DNA from: Thermoplasmata archaeon
Lineage (GTDB): Archaea > Thermoplasmatota > Thermoplasmata > RBG-16-68-12 > JAFNFQ01
NCBI GenBank assembly: GCA_041489255.1
Contig: JBGPQV010000008.1
Span: 32,917-96,916 of the forward strand
Length of the DNA: 64,000 bases
Direction: 5' to 3'
Shown here: piece by piece, positions 18,412 through 28,390 of the stretch
Numbering within the stretch: the stretch's first letter is position 1
Layout of the letters: each line of letters begins with the position of its first letter
Made by a program: the position numbers and the translations under genes
The notes under the pieces: model-generated
What the model saw: the letters and a program-made list of their open reading frames with translations, nothing else
Database searches by the model: none
Told to the model about the DNA's origin: nothing

Positions 18412-20275
18412 CGCGCTGGCGATGACTTCCTCCGTAGAAAAAGGTTCTGACCTCGCCCGCCGCGTCCTCCGTCGGCCTGAAGCTGAGTCCCGGCGGGAGG
18501 CGGGAAGCGTAGTTCGGACTGAGGAGCCTGTTATCGAGGATCGCGACGACGCCCCTGTCCTTCTCGCTCCTGATGCACCTGCCAGCCGCCTGCATGACCT
18601 TGTTGATCGCGGGGTAGAAGTACGCGTACTCGAAGCCCTTCTCGCTCCCGAACTTGGCGGCATAGTAATCGTCGAGCGCCCTGACCTCTGCTGTTGGCGG
18701 GCTGATGGGGAGCCCACCGATTATGACGCAGCTCAGAAGATTGTCGTTGTAGTCTATCCCTTCGGAGAAGGAGCCGCCGAGGACGCCGAAGAGCAGGACG
18801 CCGCCGCGCGCCTTGAGTTCGCGCATCCGGAGGATGACCATGTCCCTCTTCGCCTTGTCCCACTCGGGCCGCTCGACCATCAGGTGCTTGCGAATCGGCG
18901 TCGCCTTCAGCTTGTCCGCGACCTTCGACAGGACTCCGTAGGAGGGGAAGAAAGCGGCGAGGTTGCCCGGGCATGCTTCGGAGATCCCCGCCACCTCGCT
19001 TGCGATCGACTGCATCATCGAGTCAGTGCGCGCGCGGTAGAGCGTGGTGAGCTCCGGCGTCACTATCGTGAGCCTGTTCTCCTGCGGGAAAGGAGTGGGA
19101 TATGCCCTCAGTAAGACGCGCTTCTTCTCCAGCCCGAGCAGGTCGGCGTACATCTCCCCGGGGTGCAGCGTGCCGCTCATCATTATGGAGGAGTGCACCT
19201 GCCCGAAGACCTCGCGGCTGAGGACGGAGGGGTCGAGGAGGCGGAAGCCTATGCGCCCTTCGTCGCCGCCAGAGGCGACGCGCACCACGCGAGACCCCAT
19301 CTCGCTCCAGGACTTGAGGAACGACGCTATGTCCAGGAGCGCGGCGCCCCCGCCATCCCGCACCTCCGATTCACCGGCTCTCCTGCAAGCGTCCGCGAGG
19401 ATGACACAGCTCCACGGGCCGCCAGCGGCCGCCTGATCGATAAGGTCCATCAGCAGTCTCTCCTCCACCCGCCTCTCGCTCCTGACCTTGGCCAGGAAGG
19501 AATCGAGCACCTTGGAGAGTCGATGAAGCAACTCAGCGGCCTGCGGGTCGGACCTCCTCGCGTCCTTCGCCCCTCGGACGAGCTGGCGGGGGGAGAGGCT
19601 CCCGCATATCTGGGACCGGATCCTGTCCGGGAGGTTGTGCGCCTCGTCGATCACGAGGACCAGCTCCGGCATCTTCCTCCCGATGCGGGAGAGTATCGCA
19701 TCGCGCAGCGACGAGAAGACGTAGTTGTAGTCGCAGACCAGGACGTCCGCGCTCGAAGCGGCCTCCAGCCCGGCCTTGTGCGGGCAGACCCCCCGGCTCG
19801 AGCAGAGCTGCTGCATCTCCTGCACGTGCATCGGCTCCTTGAGTATCTCGGCCACGACCGCGTCGGCCTGGCGGTTGAAGTACCTGCAGGATCGCGTCCT
19901 CGACATGAGCGCGCAGTACTCGTTGAAGGCGCGCGCGCTCCGGGGACGGTTCTGCTGTGCGCACATGCTCTGTTTGCTGACAATGTCCACCGCCGAGACG
20001 GCGAGCGGCTTCGACCTGATCCGCCGGAGTGTGTCGACCACGATCCTGTGCTGGCTCTGGCGGGAGGTGAGGAAGAGGACGAACTTGTCCTCGCGGAGGG
20101 CAACGTCAAGCGAGGCGGCGAGACCCACGGCGGTCTTGCCGAGCCCGGTCGGCGCCTGAGCGAGGAGGTGCTTCCCATCGGAGACAGCATCGATCGCGTC
20201 CCTCAGGAACTCCTTCTGCCCCGCCCTTATCGACGAGAAAGGGAACGCGCGCGGCGGGAAATCCTCCGGATACAT
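18302..20275 (-). CDS. ATP-dependent Fe-S DNA helicase, XPD/Rad3 family
   Basis: APTGLGKT, Cys cluster, DEAHNL, SGTL, SEGID, QAAGRCIRSEKDRG. Confidence 0.93.
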   Translation of the reverse strand: MYPEDFPPRAFPFSSIRAGQKEFLRDAIDAVSDGKHLLAQAPTGLGKTAVGLAASLDVALREDKFVLFLTSRQSQHRIVVDTLRRIRSKPLAVSAVDIVSKQSMCAQQNRPRSARAFNEYCALMSRTRSCRYFNRQADAVVAEILKEPMHVQEMQQLCSSRGVCPHKAGLEAASSADVLVCDYNYVFSSLRDAILSRIGRKMPELVLVIDEAHNLPDRIRSQICGSLSPRQLVRGAKDARRSDPQAAELLHRLSKVLDSFLAKVRSERRVEERLLMDLIDQAAAGGPWSCVILADACRRAGESEVRDGGGAALLDIASFLKSWSEMGSRVVRVASGGDEGRIGFRLLDPSVLSREVFGQVHSSIMMSGTLHPGEMYADLLGLEKKRVLLRAYPTPFPQENRLTIVTPELTTLYRARTDSMMQSIASEVAGISEACPGNLAAFFPSYGVLSKVADKLKATPIRKHLMVERPEWDKAKRDMVILRMRELKARGGVLLFGVLGGSFSEGIDYNDNLLSCVIIGGLPISPPTAEVRALDDYYAAKFGSEKGFEYAYFYPAINKVMQAAGRCIRSEKDRGVVAILDNRLLSPNYASRLPPGLSFRPTEDAAGEVRTFFYGGSHRQRVDTETRGGGGAEQIDMARAGGGGEAPRAEGLPEPAA

Positions 20276-20411
20276 CCTCTCAACAACGAGAACGACTGTC
20301 CGCTCTGGCCTCATCTATGTTCCGTGCGGATGAATCTGGTATTGTTGTCGATAACCAGAGTGGATAATTGGCGGGGACTGATTAAGTATCCACCAAAAGG
20401 ATTGAACTAAC

Positions 20412-21335
20412 GTGCAGATTCCTCTGACAAAGTGCCCCCTCTGCGGGCTCCCCAGCGAAGACGCGGTCTGCTCTCGCTGCAACACCGTCATAGAGTGGGA
20501 GAGGGCAACGTGCCCGATCTGTGGCAGGATGTTCTCCACCTCGATTGCCGTGTGCGACGTCTGCGACGCGGCGCTCCGGATGCCTGAGGAGCTCGACGGC
20601 GAGGAGAAGGAACTCAAGCACCTGATGATGATCGCGGGCATCTCGAAGGAGGCTGCCAGGACGCTCTACATGCAGGGCATCCGCGACTTCTCCGACCTGG
20701 TGAAGCTGGCGCTGCCGCACAAGGCCGTGAAGATGGGGCTGCACAAGACAATCGCGCGCAGGATGATGATGGCGGACTTCGTGCGGCGCAGGCAGCAGGG
20801 GGATGGCGATAAATGCCCGATATGCTCTGGCCCCTACGACCCCGAGACAGGGCTCTGCGAGAAGTGCAAGTACTCTCCGCTCCCCGAGTGGTCCGAGCAC
20901 TGGATCAGGGAGCGGCTTGACAAGGTCACCGAGGAAGTGGAAAACCTCTGCGCCCACCCCGACTTCGAGGCGATGCCCGAGGAGATGAAGAAGCAGGTGC
21001 TCGCCGAGGTCAACGGGATGCTGGAGCCAATCTATAACGAGGAGAGACTGGTCTCCGAGCTGGAGGGGGTTTTCGGTTCACTCGACAAGGAAGAGGAGCA
21101 GGTCAAGCAGTATAGAATGCAGATGGAGGCGTGGAAATGCAAGGGGTTCGATGTCTCCGATCTGGAGAAGCTCCTGGAGAAGAATCCCGACGAGTTCCGG
21201 GTGAACTGCGTCAAGATACTGAGGCTGCAGATACGCAAGCAAATCAAGGACTTCAAGTTCGTCTGCCCACTGTGCGATGCCGGCCTGGAGCCCGAGGCGA
21301 AGGAGTGCCCCAACTGCGGGGCCCTGTTCGGCTAA
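20412..21335 (+). CDS. Multi-zinc-ribbon protein with helix-hairpin-helix-like segment
   Basis: Eight CxxC motifs; LMMIAGISKEAARTLYMQGI HhH-like segment. Confidence 0.8.
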   Translation: MQIPLTKCPLCGLPSEDAVCSRCNTVIEWERATCPICGRMFSTSIAVCDVCDAALRMPEELDGEEKELKHLMMIAGISKEAARTLYMQGIRDFSDLVKLALPHKAVKMGLHKTIARRMMMADFVRRRQQGDGDKCPICSGPYDPETGLCEKCKYSPLPEWSEHWIRERLDKVTEEVENLCAHPDFEAMPEEMKKQVLAEVNGMLEPIYNEERLVSELEGVFGSLDKEEEQVKQYRMQMEAWKCKGFDVSDLEKLLEKNPDEFRVNCVKILRLQIRKQIKDFKFVCPLCDAGLEPEAKECPNCGALFG

Positions 21336-21377
21336 GGGCAAGCCTAAATAGCGGCGCTCCTTCGTTACTTCCGAGAA

Positions 21378-22052
21378 ATGAGACCGACCTACGAGTACAT
21401 CCTGCAGCCAACGCCGACCAGGCGGGTGAGCTTCGGGCGGACTGAGCTGTTCAACTTGGGGATGGCGCTCGGTGCACTCACCCTGGTTTTCGTGCTTGTT
21501 TGGCTTAACCCGTTGTTCGGCGGCATCAAGCTTTCCGCGGACACACTGGGCATTGTCGCGGTCTCGTCGTTCATTGCGGTACTTACGGGTTTCCTGATGC
21601 ACGAAATCGCGCACAAGATCGTGGCGGTGAGATATGGGCTCTGGGCGGAATTCAGGGCAGATCGAAGGGGACTCCTCATCGCATTCGTCACCGCAATCTT
21701 TGGGTTTGTGTTCGCCGCTCCCGGTGCGGTGATGATCGCTGGTCCAGTGAGCCTTAGACAGAACGGGAAGATCAGCGCGGCTGGTCCTCTCACGAACCTA
21801 GGTTTCGGCGGGACATTCTTCGCGATATTGTTCGCCGTCATCTATTTCCATGTCGCGATTCCGCCGTTCTTGGGCTTCCTGATCGTCCAGATCACCATGG
21901 TGAACCTCATCCTCGGCACCTTCAACATGATACCGTTCCCGCCGCTCGACGGTTCGAAAATCTGGTCGTGGAAGAAGCCGGTGTGGGCGGGGATGTTCGC
22001 GGTCTTCGTGGTCCTTCTCGCGGCCTTCTTCATTTACTTCCAGATAATCTGA
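21378..22052 (+). CDS. Site-2 protease (M50 intramembrane metalloprotease)
   Basis: HEIAH, AGPLTN, FNMIPFPPLDGSK. Confidence 0.94.
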   Translation: MRPTYEYILQPTPTRRVSFGRTELFNLGMALGALTLVFVLVWLNPLFGGIKLSADTLGIVAVSSFIAVLTGFLMHEIAHKIVAVRYGLWAEFRADRRGLLIAFVTAIFGFVFAAPGAVMIAGPVSLRQNGKISAAGPLTNLGFGGTFFAILFAVIYFHVAIPPFLGFLIVQITMVNLILGTFNMIPFPPLDGSKIWSWKKPVWAGMFAVFVVLLAAFFIYFQII

Positions 22053-22800
22053 CGATGGTCGCGGCCATGTAGCCCGCACCGAAGCCGTTGTCGATGTTCA
22101 CCACCGCCACGCCGGGGCTGCAGGAACTCATCATGGCCAGCAGTGCCGCCAGACCGTCGAAGCTCGCCCCATATCCAACACTGGTCGGCACCGCGATCAC
22201 CGGCTTATCGACGAGCCCGGAGACCACGCTGGGAAGCGCGCCCTCCATTCCCGCAATGACCACGAGGACGTCCGCGCCCTCAAGCCTCCGCCTGTTGTCG
22301 AGGAGCCTGTGCACTCCCGCAACGCCTACATCGTAGAGCCTCTCGACGCGGCAGCTCATCGCCTCCGCCGTGACCGCCGCCTCCTCCGCCACGGGTATGT
22401 CTGATGTCCCGCCGGTGACGATGAGGACCTTGCCCCCCCTTTTCCGGGGCATCTGACCAATGACGATCATACGGGCCTTTTCGTGATACGCCATCTTCGA
22501 ACCTCTGAGACCCGCCTTCACAGCGCGGTAGTTGCCCTTGCTCGCCCGCGTCGCGAGTACTATGCTGTCATTCTTGCTCAACCGCTTCAGGACCTCGACT
22601 ATCTGGGCATTCGTCTTCCCAGGGCAATAGACGACCTCGGGGAAGTCCCGCCGGAGGGCCCTGTGCGTGTCGGGCTTCGCGAACCCCATGTCCTCGTACG
22701 GGAGCGAGCGCAATTCCTCGATTGCCTCGCCGATGCTCTTCTTCCCACGCTTCAGGTCTCTCAGCAGCCGCTCGATCGATTTCCTATCCATGGTCAGCAT
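22030..22800 (-). CDS. larB: Nickel-pincer cofactor biosynthesis carboxylase LarB
   Basis: TSDIPVAEEA, DVGVAGVHRL, AGMEGALPSVV, VPTSVGYG, VNIDNGFGA. Confidence 0.93.
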   Translation of the reverse strand: MLTMDRKSIERLLRDLKRGKKSIGEAIEELRSLPYEDMGFAKPDTHRALRRDFPEVVYCPGKTNAQIVEVLKRLSKNDSIVLATRASKGNYRAVKAGLRGSKMAYHEKARMIVIGQMPRKRGGKVLIVTGGTSDIPVAEEAAVTAEAMSCRVERLYDVGVAGVHRLLDNRRRLEGADVLVVIAGMEGALPSVVSGLVDKPVIAVPTSVGYGASFDGLAALLAMMSSCSPGVAVVNIDNGFGAGYMAATIVRLSGSK

Positions 22801-22851
22801 TCTCGCAAGGTGAGCTGGTGCATAAACGTTGGTCGAAAGCGGCTGGCGGTC

Positions 22852-24144
22852 CTACCCTACCTTCTCCCACTTCTCCAGTTCCAGCACGCTTGACAGGGTG
22901 CCGCCCCTCTTGATCTCCTCGCGGATCCTGTTCTCCCGCTCGAGCACGTCCAGGGAGCGGTTCGCTATCTCCACTGCGATCTCCTGCGGGATCACGATGA
23001 CGCCGTTCTCGTCTCCGACGATCCAGTCGCCGGTCCTGACGAGCTGACCGCCGCACTCAATCTCCGAGGCAATCTCCCCGTGCCCCTTCGGCTCTCCCGC
23101 CTTCGGCGTGACCGAACGCGAGAACACGGGGAAGCCGATGTCGAGTATCGTGTCGATGTCCCTGGCTGCCCCGTCTATGACGACTCCCGCCACGCCCTTG
23201 ACCTTGGCCGACCAAGATGCGAGCTCGCCCCAGACGGCGGTCGGGCCGCCGCCAACGTCGATGACGATGACGTCGCCCTTCTTCGCCCTGTCTATGGCCT
23301 CCACCGGTTTCGCCCAGTCGCCGTCAGCTGTCTTGACCGTGAGCGCCCGCCCGACCATCTTGGCCTTCCTGCTGACGCGGGGCAGCAGACCTTTCATCTC
23401 GCCGCGCTTCTGCATCGCGTCGGAGATGTTCGGCGTGCTCACCTTCGCGAACGCCTCGAACAGGTCCTCCTCGCCGTACTTCTTGTAGAGCTCGGTGTGA
23501 ATCTTCTCCCGTCTAGACATGGCGTCCTTGATCGCGCGCGCGGCATCCGCGACCTTCTCGGCCTTGGTTATCGCGCCGCCGACTATGATTATGCTCGCCC
23601 CCGCCTCGAGCGCGTCAGCGACAGTCTCGCTGTTCAGACCCCCCGCCACAGCCACGGGAATCTCAGCGATCTGGCATACCTCCCTGAGCTTCTGCATCGG
23701 GGTGTGCGCGGTCATCTGTTCGTCGATCGAAACGTGGATGCAGAGGTAGTCCACGCCCATGCCCTGCAGCTCCTTGGTCCTCTTCTGCATGTCCTCGACC
23801 GACATGAGGTCGGCCATGATCTTCGCGCCGTACCTCCTCGCTGCCTTCACCGCCTCCTTCATCGTGCCGTCGTCGGCCACCGCCATGACGGTGATGACTT
23901 CCGCTCCAGCTTTCGCGGCGATCTCGACCTCGAACGAGCCGGTGTCCATGACCTTGAGGTCCGCGACGATGACGCGCGAGGGGAACATCCTCTTCAGCGC
24001 CCTGACCGCCTCGACGCCCTCCGACTTGATCAGCGGCGTCCCTGCCTCGACCCAGTCTGCGCCTCCCGCAACGGCCTCCTCCGCCGCCTGCACCGCGCGC
24101 TTCAAATGCTGGAAGTCGAGGGCCACCTGAAGTACCGGCTCCAT
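22852..24144 (-). CDS. hxlA: Bifunctional 3-hexulose-6-phosphate synthase / RraA-like domain protein
   Basis: LQVALD, EAGTPLIK, DLKVMDTG N-terminal domain; STPNISDA..AVWGEL..DGAARD..GDENGV RraA domain. Confidence 0.92.
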   Translation of the reverse strand: MEPVLQVALDFQHLKRAVQAAEEAVAGGADWVEAGTPLIKSEGVEAVRALKRMFPSRVIVADLKVMDTGSFEVEIAAKAGAEVITVMAVADDGTMKEAVKAARRYGAKIMADLMSVEDMQKRTKELQGMGVDYLCIHVSIDEQMTAHTPMQKLREVCQIAEIPVAVAGGLNSETVADALEAGASIIIVGGAITKAEKVADAARAIKDAMSRREKIHTELYKKYGEEDLFEAFAKVSTPNISDAMQKRGEMKGLLPRVSRKAKMVGRALTVKTADGDWAKPVEAIDRAKKGDVIVIDVGGGPTAVWGELASWSAKVKGVAGVVIDGAARDIDTILDIGFPVFSRSVTPKAGEPKGHGEIASEIECGGQLVRTGDWIVGDENGVIVIPQEIAVEIANRSLDVLERENRIREEIKRGGTLSSVLELEKWEKVG

Positions 24145-24261
24145 GTGTTTCCGCATTACGCTCTGCACCACATAAATATGTATCGTCCGAGGGAGAATTT
24201 CGCCTGCATCGACGGCATCCGTGAATAACTTTATCATAGTCTGTTTCCTTGCGGGAGCATA

Positions 24262-25026
24262 ATGCTCGGCCGAGATGCTAGAGACAGACGCGAGCGGTGC
24301 AAGACCGGCATCGAAGGGCTGGACAACATCCTCAACGGCGGCGTCCCGAGGGGCAACACCGTCCTGATCACCGGCTCTGTCGGTACCGGCAAGACCTCAC
24401 TCTGCCTCGAGTTCCTTGTGCACGGCTCGAATTCGAACGAACCGAGCCTCTATGTCTCGGTGACGGAACCCTGCGACAAGCTGCTCAAGAACATCATCCC
24501 CTATGACTTTTTTGATGAGAGCCTGATGACCGACGGGAAGCTGCACTTCATCGACCTGCCGACCGTCTACGAAAGGCTCGGGCTAGAGAAGGCGGAGTTC
24601 GACTTCGAGGAGGTGGCCATCCTCATCTCCGCGATCGCGAGCATCGTGCACGAGCTCGGGATAAAGCGCCTGGTCATCGACTCGATCACATCCGTCTGCT
24701 ACCGCCTCAAGAGCCAGGAGAACATCAGGGACTTCATCCTCAAGCTGGGCTCGGTGCTGTCAGAGATGGGATGCACGTCGTTCCTGGTTTCAGAGATCAG
24801 CCCCGCGGAGGAGAGGTACAGCCTCTACGGGGTCGAGGAGGCGATCGCCGACGGCGTCATCGTGACAGGCAACCTCGAGAGGCGCGGCGACCTCCTCAGG
24901 ACGCTCCAGGTGGTCAAAATGAGAGGAACCATGCATTCAAGGGCGAAGTACGTGCTGGACCTGACGACCGTGGGCGTGCTGCTCGTCCCGCTGCTCAAGG
25001 GCGGAAGCGTCGCGGGAGGCGGGTGA
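24262..25026 (+). CDS. KaiC-like (RAD55/GvpD) ATPase, intact Walker A
   Basis: TGIEGLD, GSVGTGKT, LVIDSIT, VVKMRGT. Confidence 0.93.
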   Translation: MLGRDARDRRERCKTGIEGLDNILNGGVPRGNTVLITGSVGTGKTSLCLEFLVHGSNSNEPSLYVSVTEPCDKLLKNIIPYDFFDESLMTDGKLHFIDLPTVYERLGLEKAEFDFEEVAILISAIASIVHELGIKRLVIDSITSVCYRLKSQENIRDFILKLGSVLSEMGCTSFLVSEISPAEERYSLYGVEEAIADGVIVTGNLERRGDLLRTLQVVKMRGTMHSRAKYVLDLTTVGVLLVPLLKGGSVAGGG

Positions 25027-25027
25027 G

Positions 25028-25597
25028 ATGACAACCGCGACCCAGATCGCCGAGAAGCTCGACGCGCTCCCGGAGAGCTCCGCGGTCGCGCTCAAGATCA
25101 GGGGCGAGCAGTACTTCGACGTCATCAGGGGCATCCTCGACATCTTCGCGAAGAAGAAGGAGATGGACTCGATCTACGTCACCAGCACAATCCCGTGCCA
25201 GAGCATCATGAATGCGCTGCAGGTCCTGGAGATAGACACCGAGCGCATCTGGTTCGTCGACTGCATCAGCCAGATAATGATGTCTGTCGGGGAGAAGCAC
25301 CCCCACGCCATCTACGTCGAGAGCCCGACGATGCTGGAGAACCTGATGCTCAAAGTGGAATATCTCATACGGCGGGCCCAGGGCAAGAAGAAGCTGGTCA
25401 TCCTGGACAACATCAACTCCCTCGCGATACACAACAACATCAAGATCCTCAGCGAGTTCCTTCACATCCTCGTCAACAACCTGCGAAGCAAGAACACCTA
25501 CACCATCATCTTCTCGATGGAGGAGTACGAAACCGACGAGATGACGAACATGCTCAACCTCGTCTGCGATGAGAGCATGACGCTCGAGGGGGGATGA
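25028..25597 (+). CDS. Inactive RecA/KaiC-fold protein
   Basis: No Walker A; WFVDCIS..VESPT..LVILDNINSL; located between two KaiC genes. Confidence 0.8.
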   Translation: MTTATQIAEKLDALPESSAVALKIRGEQYFDVIRGILDIFAKKKEMDSIYVTSTIPCQSIMNALQVLEIDTERIWFVDCISQIMMSVGEKHPHAIYVESPTMLENLMLKVEYLIRRAQGKKKLVILDNINSLAIHNNIKILSEFLHILVNNLRSKNTYTIIFSMEEYETDEMTNMLNLVCDESMTLEGG

Positions 25598-25598
25598 G

Positions 25599-26339
25599 AT
25601 GGCCAAGGTCGTGAGCACGGGGCTGCCGGCGCTGGACAAGGCGCTCATGAACGGCCTGCCGGTCGGGTTCACCATGCTCGTCGCGGGGACCCCGGGTTCG
25701 GGGACGGAGCTCTTCGCGAAGCAGTTCGCCACGGCCCCTGGACAGGACGAACAGGTCGTGTACTTCGCGACGGCCGAGAGAGACGAGGACATCAAGTCCG
25801 CGATGGAGGACTTCAACTGGAAGTCCGACATGAAGATCGTCAACATCGGGAACATGTACTACGAGAGCGTCCTCGCGAAGAAGCTGGAGGTGTCGCGCGC
25901 GAGGCAGGAGGGGCTCTCGACTAAGGACCTCTCCAAGCTCAGGATGAAGTCGAAGCAGGAGCGCCCGGAGATCAACTTCCTGACCTCGCTCACGTACGAG
26001 GTCAGCAAGCTCAGGCCTCCCTTCCGCGTCGTCATAGATTCGCTGGACTTCTTCCTGGAGTACTACCAGCACGCTGACGTCCTCTCCGCCCTGAGGACGA
26101 TAAAGGCCCACACGCAGCACGAGGAGGGCGTCGCCCTGATCACGATGCTCACGAACGTCTACGACACTCGGACGCAGAGCGGGGTCGAGGAGATCGTCGA
26201 CTGCATCGTCGAGCTCGAGCGAATAAGGGATGGCGACTCGTTCAAGAGGTACCTGATCGTCAGGAAAGTCAGAAACCACCCCGAGAAGACCGGCATCTAC
26301 GCATACACGATCACCAAAGAGGGCATGGTTCCGGTCTGA
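25599..26339 (+). CDS. KaiC-like protein with degenerate Walker A
   Basis: STGLPALD, GTPGSGTE (Lys replaced), VVIDSLD, VRKVRNHP. Confidence 0.9.
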   Translation: MAKVVSTGLPALDKALMNGLPVGFTMLVAGTPGSGTELFAKQFATAPGQDEQVVYFATAERDEDIKSAMEDFNWKSDMKIVNIGNMYYESVLAKKLEVSRARQEGLSTKDLSKLRMKSKQERPEINFLTSLTYEVSKLRPPFRVVIDSLDFFLEYYQHADVLSALRTIKAHTQHEEGVALITMLTNVYDTRTQSGVEEIVDCIVELERIRDGDSFKRYLIVRKVRNHPEKTGIYAYTITKEGMVPV

Positions 26340-26470
26340 GGGAGCTTGGCTCGCGAGATTCCTGAGCCTAATCCTAGCAATGATTATCGCATCGATTATA
26401 TAGCGTCGAAATGCTTTTATAGCTCGAAGAACAGAGGGGATGATGCGGCAAAACCGCAGGAGGACAAAAT

Positions 26471-26965
26471 ATGAAGAAGCTTTGGCTCATCCGGAAGGAT
26501 GAAGAAGCAGTGTCTCCGGTCATCGCTACCATTCTGATGGTCGCGATTACCGTGGTATTGGCAGCCGTGTTGTACGTGATGGTGTCCGGTCTCCTCGGAG
26601 GCGGCGGAGGCACCGCAGCCAAGTCAGTCGGTTTCGCAGCTGCCTCTGCAGGCAACAACTGGACGTTGACGGTGGCCTCTGTATCCGCGTCGGGAATAAG
26701 CTACGCCACCACGACGTTCAAGATCTATGACGCGAACGGCGCACCGACGTCGACAAACCTCTTGAGTGTGATAATGGGAAGTCCGACCACCGGACAGTGC
26801 ACGAACTGGGCAGCAAAGAAGGTCTGCTACGTGCCAACGGGCGCCGGACAGCTTGAGGTCAAGGTAGGAGACAGACTCCTCGCCGATAAGACGACCTACG
26901 GCTCCAGCTACAGATGGGAACTGCTTGATGCGAGTTCGATCCTAGCAAACGGCGTCTTCTCATAG
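26471..26965 (+). CDS. Archaeal type IV pilin
   Basis: Class III-like signal RKDEEA/VSPVIATILMVAITVVLAAVLY; GGAGG RBS. Confidence 0.93.
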   Translation: MKKLWLIRKDEEAVSPVIATILMVAITVVLAAVLYVMVSGLLGGGGGTAAKSVGFAAASAGNNWTLTVASVSASGISYATTTFKIYDANGAPTSTNLLSVIMGSPTTGQCTNWAAKKVCYVPTGAGQLEVKVGDRLLADKTTYGSSYRWELLDASSILANGVFS

Positions 26966-26966
26966 A

Positions 26967-26995
26967 CGCCCCCTTTTCCTTTTTTTCTTTCTTTG
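26967..26995 (+). terminator. Oligo-T archaeal terminator after pilin 1
   Basis: cgccccc ttttcctttttttctttcttt immediately after the stop; similar tract follows pilin 3 (~28395-28420). Confidence 0.65.
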
Positions 26996-27018
26996 TCTAC
27001 CATGGAGAGGGCTAGCCG

Positions 27019-27462
27019 ATGCCCATGCTGCATGCTGAATCAGAACACGACAGGGCAGTCTCTCCAATAATAGCAATCCTTCTACTTCTTGCGATTACCG
27101 TCGTGCTGGCAAGCGTCATGTATGTGACGGTCTCGCGGATGATACCGAATGTCTCCGATAGTTCCAGACCTTTGGGCGTCGTGGTGGACAAAGCGGGAGC
27201 CAACTGGACCATAATCATCGCATCAGTGTCGGCAGGCGTCAGCCCCAGATTCGTCTACGTCGCCATTTCAGATCCCAACGGGACACCACTCCTACCATAC
27301 ACGCCGATAGCCGATATGACCGGATACCTGGACGCAGAGCCCATAGGCACACTCAGCGCCGGGGACAGGATATTGATTCCCATCCAAGACTATCCAGAAG
27401 GCTGCTTGATCACAATCAAGGACGACCAGAAGTTGCTGTTCAATGGCATCCTCCAAGGCTGA
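27019..27462 (+). CDS. Archaeal type IV pilin
   Basis: DRA/VSPIIAILLLLAITVVLASVMY. Confidence 0.9.
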   Translation: MPMLHAESEHDRAVSPIIAILLLLAITVVLASVMYVTVSRMIPNVSDSSRPLGVVVDKAGANWTIIIASVSAGVSPRFVYVAISDPNGTPLLPYTPIADMTGYLDAEPIGTLSAGDRILIPIQDYPEGCLITIKDDQKLLFNGILQG

Positions 27463-27545
27463 ACATGATTAGCCCAAACCTTCATGATACGGTCAACGAT
27501 TCGGGAGACAAAGGAAGGGGGTGAAATGCGACGGCGGAATCTGAC

Positions 27546-27680
27546 TTGGCGATTGTGCTGGTTCTGGTGATAATCCTGGAAGGCATCTGGCTTGCGGGAC
27601 TCACGTACCTCATGTGGAGACGTAGCCTCAAGAAGCCGAGGCAGGGGAAAAAGGAAGAACCTCCGGCGCAGGCGACCTAG
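27546..27680 (+). CDS. Small single-TM protein (possibly frameshifted from ATG 27526)
   Basis: Manual translation LAIVLVLVIILEGIWLAGLTYLMWRRSLKKPRQGKKEEPPAQAT*. Confidence 0.5.
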   Translation: MAIVLVLVIILEGIWLAGLTYLMWRRSLKKPRQGKKEEPPAQAT

Positions 27681-27922
27681 GGTTCCCTGACACGCGTTCG
27701 GAATGCGGCCTCGGCGCTGCAAAGCTGGATGCTGAAGATGGCCACAACCTCATAGCCATCGGGGTAACCAATCGACCGACCCGCCAATTGTCCCGCTTTG
27801 AGCCAGGTTGCCCTCTGCACTCTTTCTTCATGCGGGCGGCCATCATGTCATCGAAACCATCATATAGTCAATAAGGGCAGAGTAATGTCTTTGCGGTGAC
27901 GAACCGCAGAAGGACATAACGT

Positions 27923-28390
27923 ATGAGAAAGAGCTGGATGATCCGAAAGGATCTGGAAGGTGTGTCTCCGGTGATAGGCACCATCTTGATGGTGGCAATC
28001 ACCGTGGTGTTGGCAGCCGTGTTGTACGCGATGGTGGCGACGCCGCCGGCCCAGCAGGAGAACCCGATGGTAGGGCTCGTGGAGCAGGAGACGGGCGGGA
28101 ACTGGACCCTGCTCGTGAGTTCTGTCAGGGGTCAGGTCCCGCTGGACACGACGACCCTCTCAATCAAGAACAAGGATGGGGCCGTCATGTACCCGATGTC
28201 GGCTGTGCCACTGTCTCAGCTGACTGCGCAGAATTGGGCGACCTACAAGGTGATCTACCAGAAGCAGAAGCTCAGCGACACTTCCGTGACGTCGGGTTCG
28301 TCCATACTGATCGACAGGGCGGGGTATCCACACGGATGCAGCTACGTCCTTGCGACCGCGAACAACATAGTCGCGATGGGCGCTCTGTAG
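27923..28390 (+). CDS. Archaeal type IV pilin
   Basis: RKDLEG/VSPVIGTILMVAITVVLAAVLY. Confidence 0.92.
   Translation: MRKSWMIRKDLEGVSPVIGTILMVAITVVLAAVLYAMVATPPAQQENPMVGLVEQETGGNWTLLVSSVRGQVPLDTTTLSIKNKDGAVMYPMSAVPLSQLTAQNWATYKVIYQKQKLSDTSVTSGSSILIDRAGYPHGCSYVLATANNIVAMGAL

Noticed and set aside
20360-20395. Half-sites GTGGATAA and AAGTATCCAC resembling the 20-bp palindrome; a similar split match lies near 63826-63848
   Set aside because: Arms are separated by extra sequence and could arise by chance; worth rechecking only if the protein's binding site is defined
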